IMG/VR virus record: IMGVR_UViG_3300030104_007197
Span: 1 to 24,108 of that record
DNA: 24,108 nucleotides
Direction: 5' to 3' (one strand)
Origin: a virus
Taxonomy: Duplodnaviria > Caudoviricetes
Part shown: in pieces, positions 7,369 to 14,701 of the stretch
How positions within the stretch are numbered: position 1 is the first letter of the stretch
Layout: the number at the start of each line of letters is the position of its first letter
Position numbers and translations under genes: made by a program
The notes under the pieces: generated by a model
What the model was told of the DNA's origin: nothing
Databases searched by the model: none
What the model saw: the letters and a program-made list of their open reading frames with translations, nothing else

Positions 7369-7531
7369 GTAAATACTTTTTCGCGTATACGCAATTGCAA
7401 TTTATCTTGTGCTTAAATTTGCATTTAAGTATTTAAAAATGCTTTAATGGTCCATACCAATGGGTTGTGGCTCACGGATTCATGATGGTGACCGCAATGG
7501 GCGGCCTAACAACACGGAGGAATTTAGGTAA

Positions 7532-7960
7532 ATGAAGAAGACATTTACGAAGCAAGATCGAGCCTTGCTTGTTGAGCGAGTGCTCAACGCGGCGAAGGTG
7601 ACCATGAAGGGGCGTGTCTCAGAAGTGGCGAAGACATGCAATGTCTCGCACCCCACCGCGTCGGGCTGGATAAAAGGCAGCTTGCCACGCGACCCCTCGG
7701 TGATGCCTGTGTTTTGCGACACTTATGGCATGGATATTTTTGAGTGGATCGACGGCACCCCGCGAGGCGAGACGTTACAGATCGACAAGCTCACCCGAAA
7801 CATAGCCGCAGTGGCCGGCTTTTACGCTCAGTCTGATCGAGACATTGACCCCGATGCATTTGCCAAGCTCGTCATGATGGCGTACTCGGAGGAAGACAAA
7901 ACGCAGTTTATGCTCGACAACCTTAATGAATTAGCCATTTTTCCAAATTTGCAAAATTAG
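7532..7960 (+). CDS. CI-like HTH repressor without S24 peptidase domain
   Basis: VSEVAKTCNVSHPTASGWIKGSLP HTH; divergent from the replication operon; GGAGG RBS. Confidence 0.75.
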   Translation: MKKTFTKQDRALLVERVLNAAKVTMKGRVSEVAKTCNVSHPTASGWIKGSLPRDPSVMPVFCDTYGMDIFEWIDGTPRGETLQIDKLTRNIAAVAGFYAQSDRDIDPDAFAKLVMMAYSEEDKTQFMLDNLNELAIFPNLQN

Positions 7961-8055
7961 CGCTGCTAATATCGCCTTTCCGCAGGGTTTTCTTGCCGGA
8001 TCACACCACTCCTCCCCCCCTAAAACCGCCGAAAATGCTAAAAAAGCGCACAATT

Positions 8056-8075
8056 AGTTGACTGAAGTGTCAACT
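8056..8075. promoter_or_regulatory. Palindromic operator-like site AGTTGAC-N6-GTCAACT
   Basis: Perfect 7-bp inverted repeat in an AT-rich intergenic region upstream of a promoter. Confidence 0.5.
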
Positions 8076-8129
8076 TTTGGATTTTTTCATAATATTTTTA
8101 AAATATTTGTGTTTTTGCATAATATTGCG

Positions 8130-8158
8130 TTGACAACTATGCATTGATGAATTAAATT
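8130..8158 (+). promoter_or_regulatory. Sigma70-type promoter for the 8191-9530 genes
   Basis: TTGACA(8130-8135)-N17-TAAATT(8153-8158). Confidence 0.7.
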
Positions 8159-8190
8159 CAACAAATCAAACAATATCTTGGGACAAAATT

Positions 8191-8826
8191 ATGGATAGCA
8201 GTGAATCAATCGTTACTTTAAAGCAGCGGGCTGCCGACTTTCCGGCCCTCCGGTCTGAGGAAAACCGCGCACTCTGGTTGCAGAACACCTTGTATAAACG
8301 GTGGGGCCTCAAAAAGCACGGCTTGGCCCGCACCATTGAGGAGGTGTTGAAAGTACCTTACTCAAAAGCATGCGATTTAGTGTCGGGCAAAACCAGTGAC
8401 AGCGTCACAAACGCCAACTTCGCTATCGTCTTTGATTTCTGGCTGGTCAACTGGCTTTACGACAACATCAGCGCCTACATGGAGTTCTGGTCGGCCGGTG
8501 ACCGAGGTAGAACTGTTAAGTCGCTTTTGATGGGAGATGCTTCGGCTGATCTGTCCGAAAACAATGCCCAGTGGGCCACCTCGATCGAGAAGGCTGTCGA
8601 CTTTGTGAACTTCCAGCTTACAGTTGAAAATGTCATCGATCCCGTTGCCAACACGATAGAAATCACCGATGAGTTTGTGGACTATTATCGAGCGCGAATT
8701 CTCAACACCGCCAAACTCATCAAGCTGGAGCAGGAAGGCGGTTCGGTCTTTGATGTGAACACGAAACAACAGCGGGCATTATTAAAGGAGCACCAGCGGG
8801 TGCGGGGCATGGGGAGGACATTATGA
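8191..8826 (+). CDS. Hypothetical protein with a putative N-terminal HTH
   Basis: 211-aa ORF; HGLARTIEEVLKVPYSKACDLVSGK resembles an XRE-like HTH. Confidence 0.65.
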   Translation: MDSSESIVTLKQRAADFPALRSEENRALWLQNTLYKRWGLKKHGLARTIEEVLKVPYSKACDLVSGKTSDSVTNANFAIVFDFWLVNWLYDNISAYMEFWSAGDRGRTVKSLLMGDASADLSENNAQWATSIEKAVDFVNFQLTVENVIDPVANTIEITDEFVDYYRARILNTAKLIKLEQEGGSVFDVNTKQQRALLKEHQRVRGMGRTL

Positions 8827-9305
8827 GGGGAGACAATCACTTAGGACTTCTGAGGGCGTTTCTGGACATGCAGACCGTGCAGGTCGACGAGGCGCGACAA
8901 TACCATACCAACCCGCATTGGATCATGATCGACCGAGAGCACTACATAGTCGAATGCAGTCCGTCTTTTACTTGTGCGATGGTCAGGGCTGGCCTGTGGC
9001 CGAAGAGGCAACGCGCAACAGACAATCTCGCGAATACCGCGAAACCCAAGATGCACTTGAGCAGGGGCCGGTTTGCTTTTCCCAGACAGTATAAGATGGC
9101 CATTGAGCACATTGACTTGACGTTTGTGGATCAGGTGACCCGCAAGTACTACATCGAATACCCTCGCGATTTTGGCACTGCCAAGGCCGGCGACATCAGC
9201 TCCCATCAGACGATCTACTCCGCCGAGAGCGACGCTGTTGTACTGGCTTGGCATACGATTGACGCGGTCCAACCAAGAGTCTCGATTGACGAACTCAAAC
9301 GCTAA
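8823..9305 (+). CDS. Hypothetical protein, possible stand-alone PAS-like domain
   Basis: GGAGG RBS, ATGA coupling; PHWIMIDREHYIVECSPSF resembles the start of a PAS fold (weak). Confidence 0.55.
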   Translation: MRGDNHLGLLRAFLDMQTVQVDEARQYHTNPHWIMIDREHYIVECSPSFTCAMVRAGLWPKRQRATDNLANTAKPKMHLSRGRFAFPRQYKMAIEHIDLTFVDQVTRKYYIEYPRDFGTAKAGDISSHQTIYSAESDAVVLAWHTIDAVQPRVSIDELKR

Positions 9306-9320
9306 CTATAGGAGGGGCTT

Positions 9321-9530
9321 ATGAACCCATCAGTGTGCCCCGCATGCCCAATTTCGGATGTTTGTATCCTGCAGGAATTTGAGGCGTACTATCGATCTCG
9401 CTACGGCATGATTGACTTAACCAGCGAGGCGATCCTTCGTAAGCACAGCGTCTGGTCGGACAAGTGCCAAAGCGTGAAGGCGCCCACACAACAGGCGTCA
9501 AATATAATCTATAAATCTAATTATAATTAA
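9321..9530 (+). CDS. Small Cys-motif protein (CxxCx5C...C)
   Basis: AGGAGG RBS; CPACPISDVC plus a fourth Cys. Confidence 0.65.
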   Translation: MNPSVCPACPISDVCILQEFEAYYRSRYGMIDLTSEAILRKHSVWSDKCQSVKAPTQQASNIIYKSNYN

Positions 9531-9554
9531 TTTATCGTTTTTGCATCAATAGAT

Positions 9555-9583
9555 TTGATTCTACCTATTAGATTCCGTATAAT
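9555..9583 (+). promoter_or_regulatory. Sigma70-type early promoter of the recombination/integrase operon
   Basis: TTGATT(9555-9560)-N17-TATAAT(9578-9583). Confidence 0.8.
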
Positions 9584-9618
9584 CGCATAACAGGCTATAC
9601 GATAATGGAATCTAGTAT

Positions 9619-10242
9619 ATGACAGCAGAAGCATCTGTTTGGAAAACGCTTAGCAGTATTGACGTTAAACCTTTTCTGATCGAAAAAGACGGCACCCCCA
9701 TCTTACCCCACATGCGGGCACATGCTCTGACCATGGAGCACTATCCCACCTACTCGTGGCAGTTCATTAAAGATGAGCGCGGGCGCGACATACACTATCT
9801 GGAAGACGGCTCCGGCGAGGTCAAGATCAAGATGACGATCGATGACCTGTCTCATGAATACTCGATACCAATTTACAGGCCGAATGAAAACGGCCAGACA
9901 CAGGCGATTAACAACCCTTCGGCGTGGGACCTTAACACTGCAAAGCAGCGGTTGCGCGTTCGGGCGCTCGGTTTGTTTGGTTTGGGCTGGGAGCTATGGC
10001 TTGACGGTGACACGCCCATGCCGGCTTTCAGTGACTCGGAGCCGCCGCCTGAAGAGGTCGCTGAAAGTGATAATGAGATCGCCGAGGATTTGTGGGAGCA
10101 AGCCGGTGTTCAGGCAGCAACCAACTTAAAAGCCTTTGACCGCAAGGTGAAGCGCTACCAAACGGGACTGCGAAACCATAAGATTGACGATGACCCGAAG
10201 GCTGACCAGATCGCCGAACTTCGCCAAGGCTTTCACCATTGA
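9619..10242 (+). CDS. DUF1071 / Sak3-like single-strand annealing protein
   Basis: VWKTLSSIDV...EK...GEVKI...NP.AWDLNTAKQR...ALGLFGLG pattern; adjacent to an exonuclease. Confidence 0.8.
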   Translation: MTAEASVWKTLSSIDVKPFLIEKDGTPILPHMRAHALTMEHYPTYSWQFIKDERGRDIHYLEDGSGEVKIKMTIDDLSHEYSIPIYRPNENGQTQAINNPSAWDLNTAKQRLRVRALGLFGLGWELWLDGDTPMPAFSDSEPPPEEVAESDNEIAEDLWEQAGVQAATNLKAFDRKVKRYQTGLRNHKIDDDPKADQIAELRQGFHH

Positions 10243-11273
10243 CCCGCTCTGCCGAACAACAGGGCAGCGACGAATGGCTCGAAGCTAGGCGCCCCTATGA
10301 ATCCGCCTCACAAATTGCCGCCCTATCCGGTGAGCACCCCCGTTTAAGTACCGCCAAGTATGTCAGGCAGCGTGTGCGCCAACTTGCGAGAGCGGAGAGC
10401 GAGTTTAAGATGGTGCCCGCCGTTGAGCACGGAACAAAGATGGAACCTTACGCCCGCCGTTATCTGGAAGAGCTGAAGAACGTCAAGATCAGGGAGACCG
10501 GTTTCATCGTCCACCCAGACTATGACTTTATAGGCGCCAGTCCTGACGGCATGATTGGCTTGGATGCGATCTGTGAATTCAAGTGCCCCTATCCGCTGTA
10601 CACCAAGAAGCCTTACTCGATTTTTGACGCCAGCAAGCGCATGTATAAAGTGCAAGTCGAAATGCAGATGGCATGCACGGACACTGACTTCTGCTATTTC
10701 TTTTGTTTCTTGGCGAAAGGCCCGAACGACAAAAACCCGCAGGTCAAGCTCGAAAAAATCATCCGTGATGAGAACTTTCTGATAGAGCCGCTGGAGGGCA
10801 GTCTGCTGCCGCGAAAACGCAAAGGCAAGGTGTCACGGATCGATCTCTACCAAGAGTGGCACCAGCACATCTTGGACGAATTCAACGACGAGGGACGCCG
10901 TCAGAAGCACCTCGATCCGCTCGATCAGGCCAAGCTCGTCAGTAAGGACGCCAACCTGAAAATGCTGACCGCCTATCAGGCTGAGCTGCACTCGGTGCGG
11001 GCAAGAATTGCTGATGAGCTGGAGGCGATCTCTCGCCTGACCACGCAGTCCGATGAGCTAAAGCGGGCCATTGGTGAGCAGTACAAGGAGTCCGTTACTG
11101 ACGGGCGAACCACCGTTAGGGTGATCCACAAGACCCCTAGCGTAGATTTTCGGAAAGCGTTTGAGTCGGTGAACGGCGAGGCGCTTTTGGAACAAGCCGG
11201 TGACAACCTAGAGTCATTTCGACGCACCACCGGCGCAATGCAAATTTCCATTAGGAATGAGGAGGACGCATGA
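10239..11273 (+). CDS. YqaJ / lambda-exonuclease family recombination nuclease
   Basis: QGSDEWLEAR...SASQI...HG..MEP...GASPDG...EFKCP...QVEMQM. Confidence 0.92.
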   Translation: MTRSAEQQGSDEWLEARRPYESASQIAALSGEHPRLSTAKYVRQRVRQLARAESEFKMVPAVEHGTKMEPYARRYLEELKNVKIRETGFIVHPDYDFIGASPDGMIGLDAICEFKCPYPLYTKKPYSIFDASKRMYKVQVEMQMACTDTDFCYFFCFLAKGPNDKNPQVKLEKIIRDENFLIEPLEGSLLPRKRKGKVSRIDLYQEWHQHILDEFNDEGRRQKHLDPLDQAKLVSKDANLKMLTAYQAELHSVRARIADELEAISRLTTQSDELKRAIGEQYKESVTDGRTTVRVIHKTPSVDFRKAFESVNGEALLEQAGDNLESFRRTTGAMQISIRNEEDA

Positions 11274-11719
11274 ACGATGGAGGTGTAAGAGCGGTGGCCG
11301 GCGGCAACGGGCGGCTGTACCGCGTGAGTCAGGAAGACGCGGACAAGGAAAAACGGCGGCGACAGGAGCTGCTGGATACCAACCCGCAAAGCTGGATGAG
11401 CAAGCAGTGGGTTGAAGATGGGCCGGTGTATGGCGGCTACCTTCAGATCACGCAGGACTTGCTTGACTGGATTCAGGAGGGCTTTGACCTGCAGGACGAG
11501 GAGCACATGCGCCTGAACATTAATGGCTCTCTGGGCGACTCGCCCACACAGGGGAAGTATCTGAAGATCGAGGGTGCGTGGATAGCCAAGCATGTGTCGC
11601 TCAAGCAGCACCGCGAGGATGCGGGCCAGCGACAGGTGACCAAGGCGAAGCGGGAAGCCGTATCGTCGGACGCCAAGCCCAGTCAGACCCAAATGGCCGA
11701 AGATGAAATCCCGTTCTAG
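11270..11719 (+). CDS. Putative single-stranded DNA-binding protein
   Basis: Acidic EDEIPF C-terminal tail; position after annealase and exonuclease. Confidence 0.6.
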   Translation: MNDGGVRAVAGGNGRLYRVSQEDADKEKRRRQELLDTNPQSWMSKQWVEDGPVYGGYLQITQDLLDWIQEGFDLQDEEHMRLNINGSLGDSPTQGKYLKIEGAWIAKHVSLKQHREDAGQRQVTKAKREAVSSDAKPSQTQMAEDEIPF

Positions 11720-11722
11720 CGT

Positions 11723-12109
11723 ATGGGCCTGCGACTGACTCGAACGGCCGGCTCCACTGTTTACGGTGGTTATGCGCTAGATCCAGACGATCTTGAAGGC
11801 ACCTTCGCCCATCGGATATGGGTACGGCGCGTCAGGGATGACGCGAGCCATCAGGATGCTTTGTTGCATATTGCCAGCCAGACGGGCGTCAGGGAGGAGG
11901 CAGTCCAAGCCGGACAGTCGGTTGCCCTGACAAACGAGGTGGGGTTTACCCTTGAGAATATTTCGGTTTATACCATCAAGGCGAAGCCTTATTGCGAAAC
12001 GTGCGAGCGGGGAGGCGAAGGAAAGGTTTTTATTCCTCAGGCTAACTTTTCTTTCAATGCCCCCCGCGAGTACCAAATCTGCCGCTCGGAAGCGAGGAGA
12101 CGCAGTTGA
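11723..12109 (+). CDS. Extended CsrA/RsmA-like RNA-binding protein with a CxxC insert
   Basis: N-terminus LRLTRTAGSTVYGG resembles CsrA LILTRRVGETLMIG; C-terminus FNAPREYQICRSE resembles VNAPKEVSVHREE. Confidence 0.65.
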   Translation: MGLRLTRTAGSTVYGGYALDPDDLEGTFAHRIWVRRVRDDASHQDALLHIASQTGVREEAVQAGQSVALTNEVGFTLENISVYTIKAKPYCETCERGGEGKVFIPQANFSFNAPREYQICRSEARRRS

Positions 12110-12333
12110 GCATTGAGTTTTTAGAAAAGCAGGACAAGTTGACGGTGCGCGGCAAAACCTATCGTGCCCGCGACATTAGCGAGACGGCCCGCACGTTGCT
12201 GCACATGTTGGCCAAGCTGAATGTGGCGATTCATGGCATGCAAGCGTTTTGTCAGCTTGGAGAACATTTTTACGAATCCATGATCGATGAACTCGAATCA
12301 GAGATTCAAGAGGGGGAGCAGGCTAGACACTGA
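12106..12333 (+). CDS. Hypothetical phage protein
   Basis: GAGGAG RBS, TTGA overlap. Confidence 0.7.
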   Translation: MSIEFLEKQDKLTVRGKTYRARDISETARTLLHMLAKLNVAIHGMQAFCQLGEHFYESMIDELESEIQEGEQARH

Positions 12334-12343
12334 TTTCCTTTGC

Positions 12344-12402
12344 GACCAGCGCCGTCCCAGCGTATGAAGCCGGCGTAGCTCACCGGTGGTCAAAACGAGC
12401 TA
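12344..12402 (+). ncRNA. Candidate pseudoknotted cis-regulatory RNA
   Basis: GACCA/TGGTC, nested CGCCG/CGGCG and crossing TAGCTC/GAGCTA pairings fill the intergenic gap. Confidence 0.45.
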
Positions 12403-12430
12403 TCACTTAACCCGACAAAAGGAGAAACCT

Positions 12431-12721
12431 ATGGGCGAGGCAATAACACAACATCTTACGATTATTAAAGACGCTCCGATGCCGCCGAGAGGCCGAGTCA
12501 TAACCAAGTACCAGATTGTGAAGGACATGGAGATGCACGATGCGATTGATATCCACCATGAGTTGGCCGAAGGACTGTGTCACGCCATCAGACATCATCA
12601 CAAAGACAGTCTCCCGAAGCGGCGGAAAAACGTGGCCGCTGGGCCGCCACTTGCTCGCGGCATGACGCGGGTATGGCGCACTCCCAAGACCGCTAAAAAA
12701 GTTTTGAAAGCCGCAAGGTAA
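12431..12721 (+). CDS. Small basic phage protein (possible excisionase/DNA-binding protein)
   Basis: AAGGAG RBS before ATG 12431; IIKDAPMP...KY...ME..D...RVWR pattern common in phages; directly upstream of int. Confidence 0.65.
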   Translation: MGEAITQHLTIIKDAPMPPRGRVITKYQIVKDMEMHDAIDIHHELAEGLCHAIRHHHKDSLPKRRKNVAAGPPLARGMTRVWRTPKTAKKVLKAAR

Positions 12722-12770
12722 TTGGTAAACTGCCAGAGCTTCTGGCGGTAGGTTTCAACGGAGAATTATT

Positions 12771-13865
12771 ATGGAATCTATATTATTTGAAGAAGCGGTT
12801 GCCGAGTATGTCGGCCAACCAACAAAGCGCCGAAACAGAAAAAAGGCTGCGGATGACAATGCCGCTCGGACGCTTGACTGGATGTCTCGAAAACGCCCCT
12901 CGGTAGTGGTTTTACCGGACGGGAAAGAGAGGATCTATTCCAAGCGTCTGGAGGCTCAGCACCCTGATTTCACCGTTAAGGCGTATGACGAAACGTCCGG
13001 TTTATTTGCTGGGCGTGACATGGGCAGCATTACCAATCGGGATGTCTTGAAGATGGAAAACGTGCTTCGTAACGACAAGGGTTTGACGGAAGACACCATC
13101 AACACTTATCGCACCTATCTTCAGGCGCTGTGTAATTTTGCCCGCAACAAACTGTGTGTCGAGTTCAAGCTGTTTCCCGAAATAGAGATGGCAAGGAGCA
13201 CGGAGCGGCAGTTCGTTTTCTCGCAGGATCAGGCGCGTGGCTTGCTGCGTTTTCTTGACCCGCTTCGGCAGGACCTGATGCGAATGGCTTTGCTCATTGG
13301 CAGACGGAAGAGCAACATTGCGCTGATGCGCTGGAAATGGGTCAATCAGGCTTTGACTCAGGTTGTGATTCCGGCTGACGAGACGAAGAACGGGTGCGCT
13401 GACACGGTCTATCTTAGCGAGGATGCTCACGAACTGATGCGTAAGCGACTGGAGATCCATCAGCGGTTGGCGCTACAGTACAAGTCTGATCGACACCAGC
13501 GCGGCTTGGAATATGTGTTTGTTCAGGAAGAGGCGCCGCACACTTGCATGCCGTTGCAGCCGAACTCGGTGACCAACAAGTCGTGGAAGAAGGCAGTCCG
13601 CTTGTACAATCAGAGCATTCGCATTAGCGCCGAGCACAAGGGTAAGTCTGTGAACCGCGACCTATTGATTCCTGAGGGCAATTACATGTGCGGGTTTCAT
13701 ACGGCGCGACACACGTTCGCCACCAACCTCAAGGATCTGGGTACTGATGATCTGGACTTGCAGATGGTTGGCGGATGGCGTTCGCTCAATTCGGTCGCAC
13801 GTTATGTGAAGAAGACCGAAGGACGGCAGCGGGCACATCTTGCCAAATTGGATGGTATGCTTTGA
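12771..13865 (+). CDS. int: Tyrosine integrase
   Basis: Catalytic set R (GRRKSNI), K (TKNG), HxxR (FHTARHTFA), W (GGW), Y (VARY); adjacent to attP. Confidence 0.95.
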   Translation: MESILFEEAVAEYVGQPTKRRNRKKAADDNAARTLDWMSRKRPSVVVLPDGKERIYSKRLEAQHPDFTVKAYDETSGLFAGRDMGSITNRDVLKMENVLRNDKGLTEDTINTYRTYLQALCNFARNKLCVEFKLFPEIEMARSTERQFVFSQDQARGLLRFLDPLRQDLMRMALLIGRRKSNIALMRWKWVNQALTQVVIPADETKNGCADTVYLSEDAHELMRKRLEIHQRLALQYKSDRHQRGLEYVFVQEEAPHTCMPLQPNSVTNKSWKKAVRLYNQSIRISAEHKGKSVNRDLLIPEGNYMCGFHTARHTFATNLKDLGTDDLDLQMVGGWRSLNSVARYVKKTEGRQRAHLAKLDGML

Positions 13866-13869
13866 AGAA

Positions 13870-14097
13870 CACAACCTTGAATAAACTTGATATGTTTGAT
13901 CGCATTTGGGCTGGAGCCACAACCTTAGATGGGTTATGGTTTGGGTGCTTGTAACATGCTGATTAATAAGGGGAAAAAATTGGTACGACCGCCCAGATTT
14001 GAACTGGGGACCCCCACCATGTCAAGGTTAACTTATTCAATTCCTTATTTATCAATCACTTACGAAATTGCCGCCGCCAGAGGCAACCACAACCTTA
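13870..14097. other. attP region with arm-type repeats and IHF sites
   Basis: CACAACCTT at 13870-13878, 13918-13926, 14088-14096; IHF consensus TATCAATCACTTA at 14050-14062 and a near match on the minus strand at 13952-13964. Confidence 0.8.
13981..14028 (-). other. attP core: 3' half of tRNA-Val(GAC)
   Basis: Minus strand ACCTTGACATGGTGGGGGTCCCCAGTTCAAATCTGGGCGGTCGTACCA gives anticodon loop, T-arm, acceptor strand and CCA; no D-arm or 5' acceptor strand. Confidence 0.92.
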
Positions 14098-14110
14098 ACG
14101 AGGATATCAT

Positions 14111-14260
14111 ATGATTGATTTCAATCAAGTGAAAGAATGGTGCATCGATAAAGCACGAATAATTGATAGCTACGAGGTCCAAATTTATTTTAAAGCGTGG
14201 CATTGGGCGGCCGCTCTCAGCACGATGCTACTGTTGCTGATCGTCCTCGCAATGTACTAA
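14111..14260 (+). CDS. Small membrane protein (49 aa, C-terminal TM helix)
   Basis: GAGGA RBS; MIDFNQVKEW...WHWAAALSTMLLLLIVLAMY*; followed by a terminator; not in the ORF track. Confidence 0.7.
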   Translation: MIDFNQVKEWCIDKARIIDSYEVQIYFKAWHWAAALSTMLLLLIVLAMY

Positions 14261-14285
14261 CGCCTAACGCATTCCTCTCGTCTTT

Positions 14286-14312
14286 GCCGGAGCAACCCTC
14301 CGGCTTTTTTTT
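14286..14312 (+). terminator. Rho-independent terminator
   Basis: GCCGGAG-CAACC-CTCCGGC followed by T8. Confidence 0.9.
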
Positions 14313-14378
14313 GCCGACTAGGACTGATGTGCGAGACAATTGGTCAAAAAATTTCTAATTGTCTCGGCGAGGTAGTCA

Positions 14379-14453
14379 TTAAATATCTTGGGCGGCAATA
14401 GCCATCAATCCGCACACAAATAGGCACAGAATGGCTGTTGTAAAAACAGGCAT
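14379..14453 (-). CDS. Putative 24-aa hydrophobic peptide
   Basis: AAGGA RBS; MPVFTTAILCLFVCGLMAIAAQDI*; extended -10 element just upstream. Confidence 0.55.
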   Translation of the reverse strand: MPVFTTAILCLFVCGLMAIAAQDI

Positions 14454-14488
14454 CGGGGGTTCCTTAACAGGGGGTTACTGAGGCGCTA

Positions 14489-14497
14489 ATTATAACA
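14489..14497 (-). promoter_or_regulatory. Extended -10 promoter element TGTTATAAT
   Basis: Perfect TGnTATAAT 35 nt upstream of the peptide start. Confidence 0.55.
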
Positions 14498-14530
14498 TAT
14501 TGGCTGGCCGACATTATGCAAAAACTGCAT

Positions 14531-14701
14531 TCAGACTAGGTTCCAACCGTGATTTGCTATTGCGTTGAGGATAATGAAAATACATGTTGTCATGTGGGTT
14601 AACCACCACACGGTTCTGATAGCAGCTACGGCATCAGCCTGATGATCATCTCCAACTTTTTCTCCCAAACTTTTCGCCCATATGCGCCACCAATTTTTCA
14701 T
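14531..14701 (-). CDS. Small membrane-associated phage protein (56 aa)
   Basis: ATGA coupling; MKNWWRIWAKSLGEKVG...AD.VA.IRT resembles a small family common in marine phages; not in the ORF track. Confidence 0.8.
   Translation of the reverse strand: MKNWWRIWAKSLGEKVGDDHQADAVAAIRTVWWLTHMTTCIFIILNAIANHGWNLV

Noticed and set aside
10976-11692. 238-aa antisense ORF and the other opposite-strand or nested ORFs in the track
   Set aside because: Shadows of well-supported genes; no recognisable motifs or RBS
12369-12400. tRNA-like 5' end (GCCGGCGTAGCTCA...GAGC)
   Set aside because: No anticodon arm, T-arm or acceptor 3' strand follows; the pairings are better explained by the pseudoknot model
13960-14060. 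Complete tRNA-Val gene
   Set aside because: Only the 3' half is present; the 5' anticodon-stem strand is incomplete and there is no D-arm or 5' acceptor strand, so it is an att core
13929-14114. 61-aa ORF from the track
   Set aside because: It runs across attP; LVRPPRFELGT is the typical antisense translation of a tRNA 3' end
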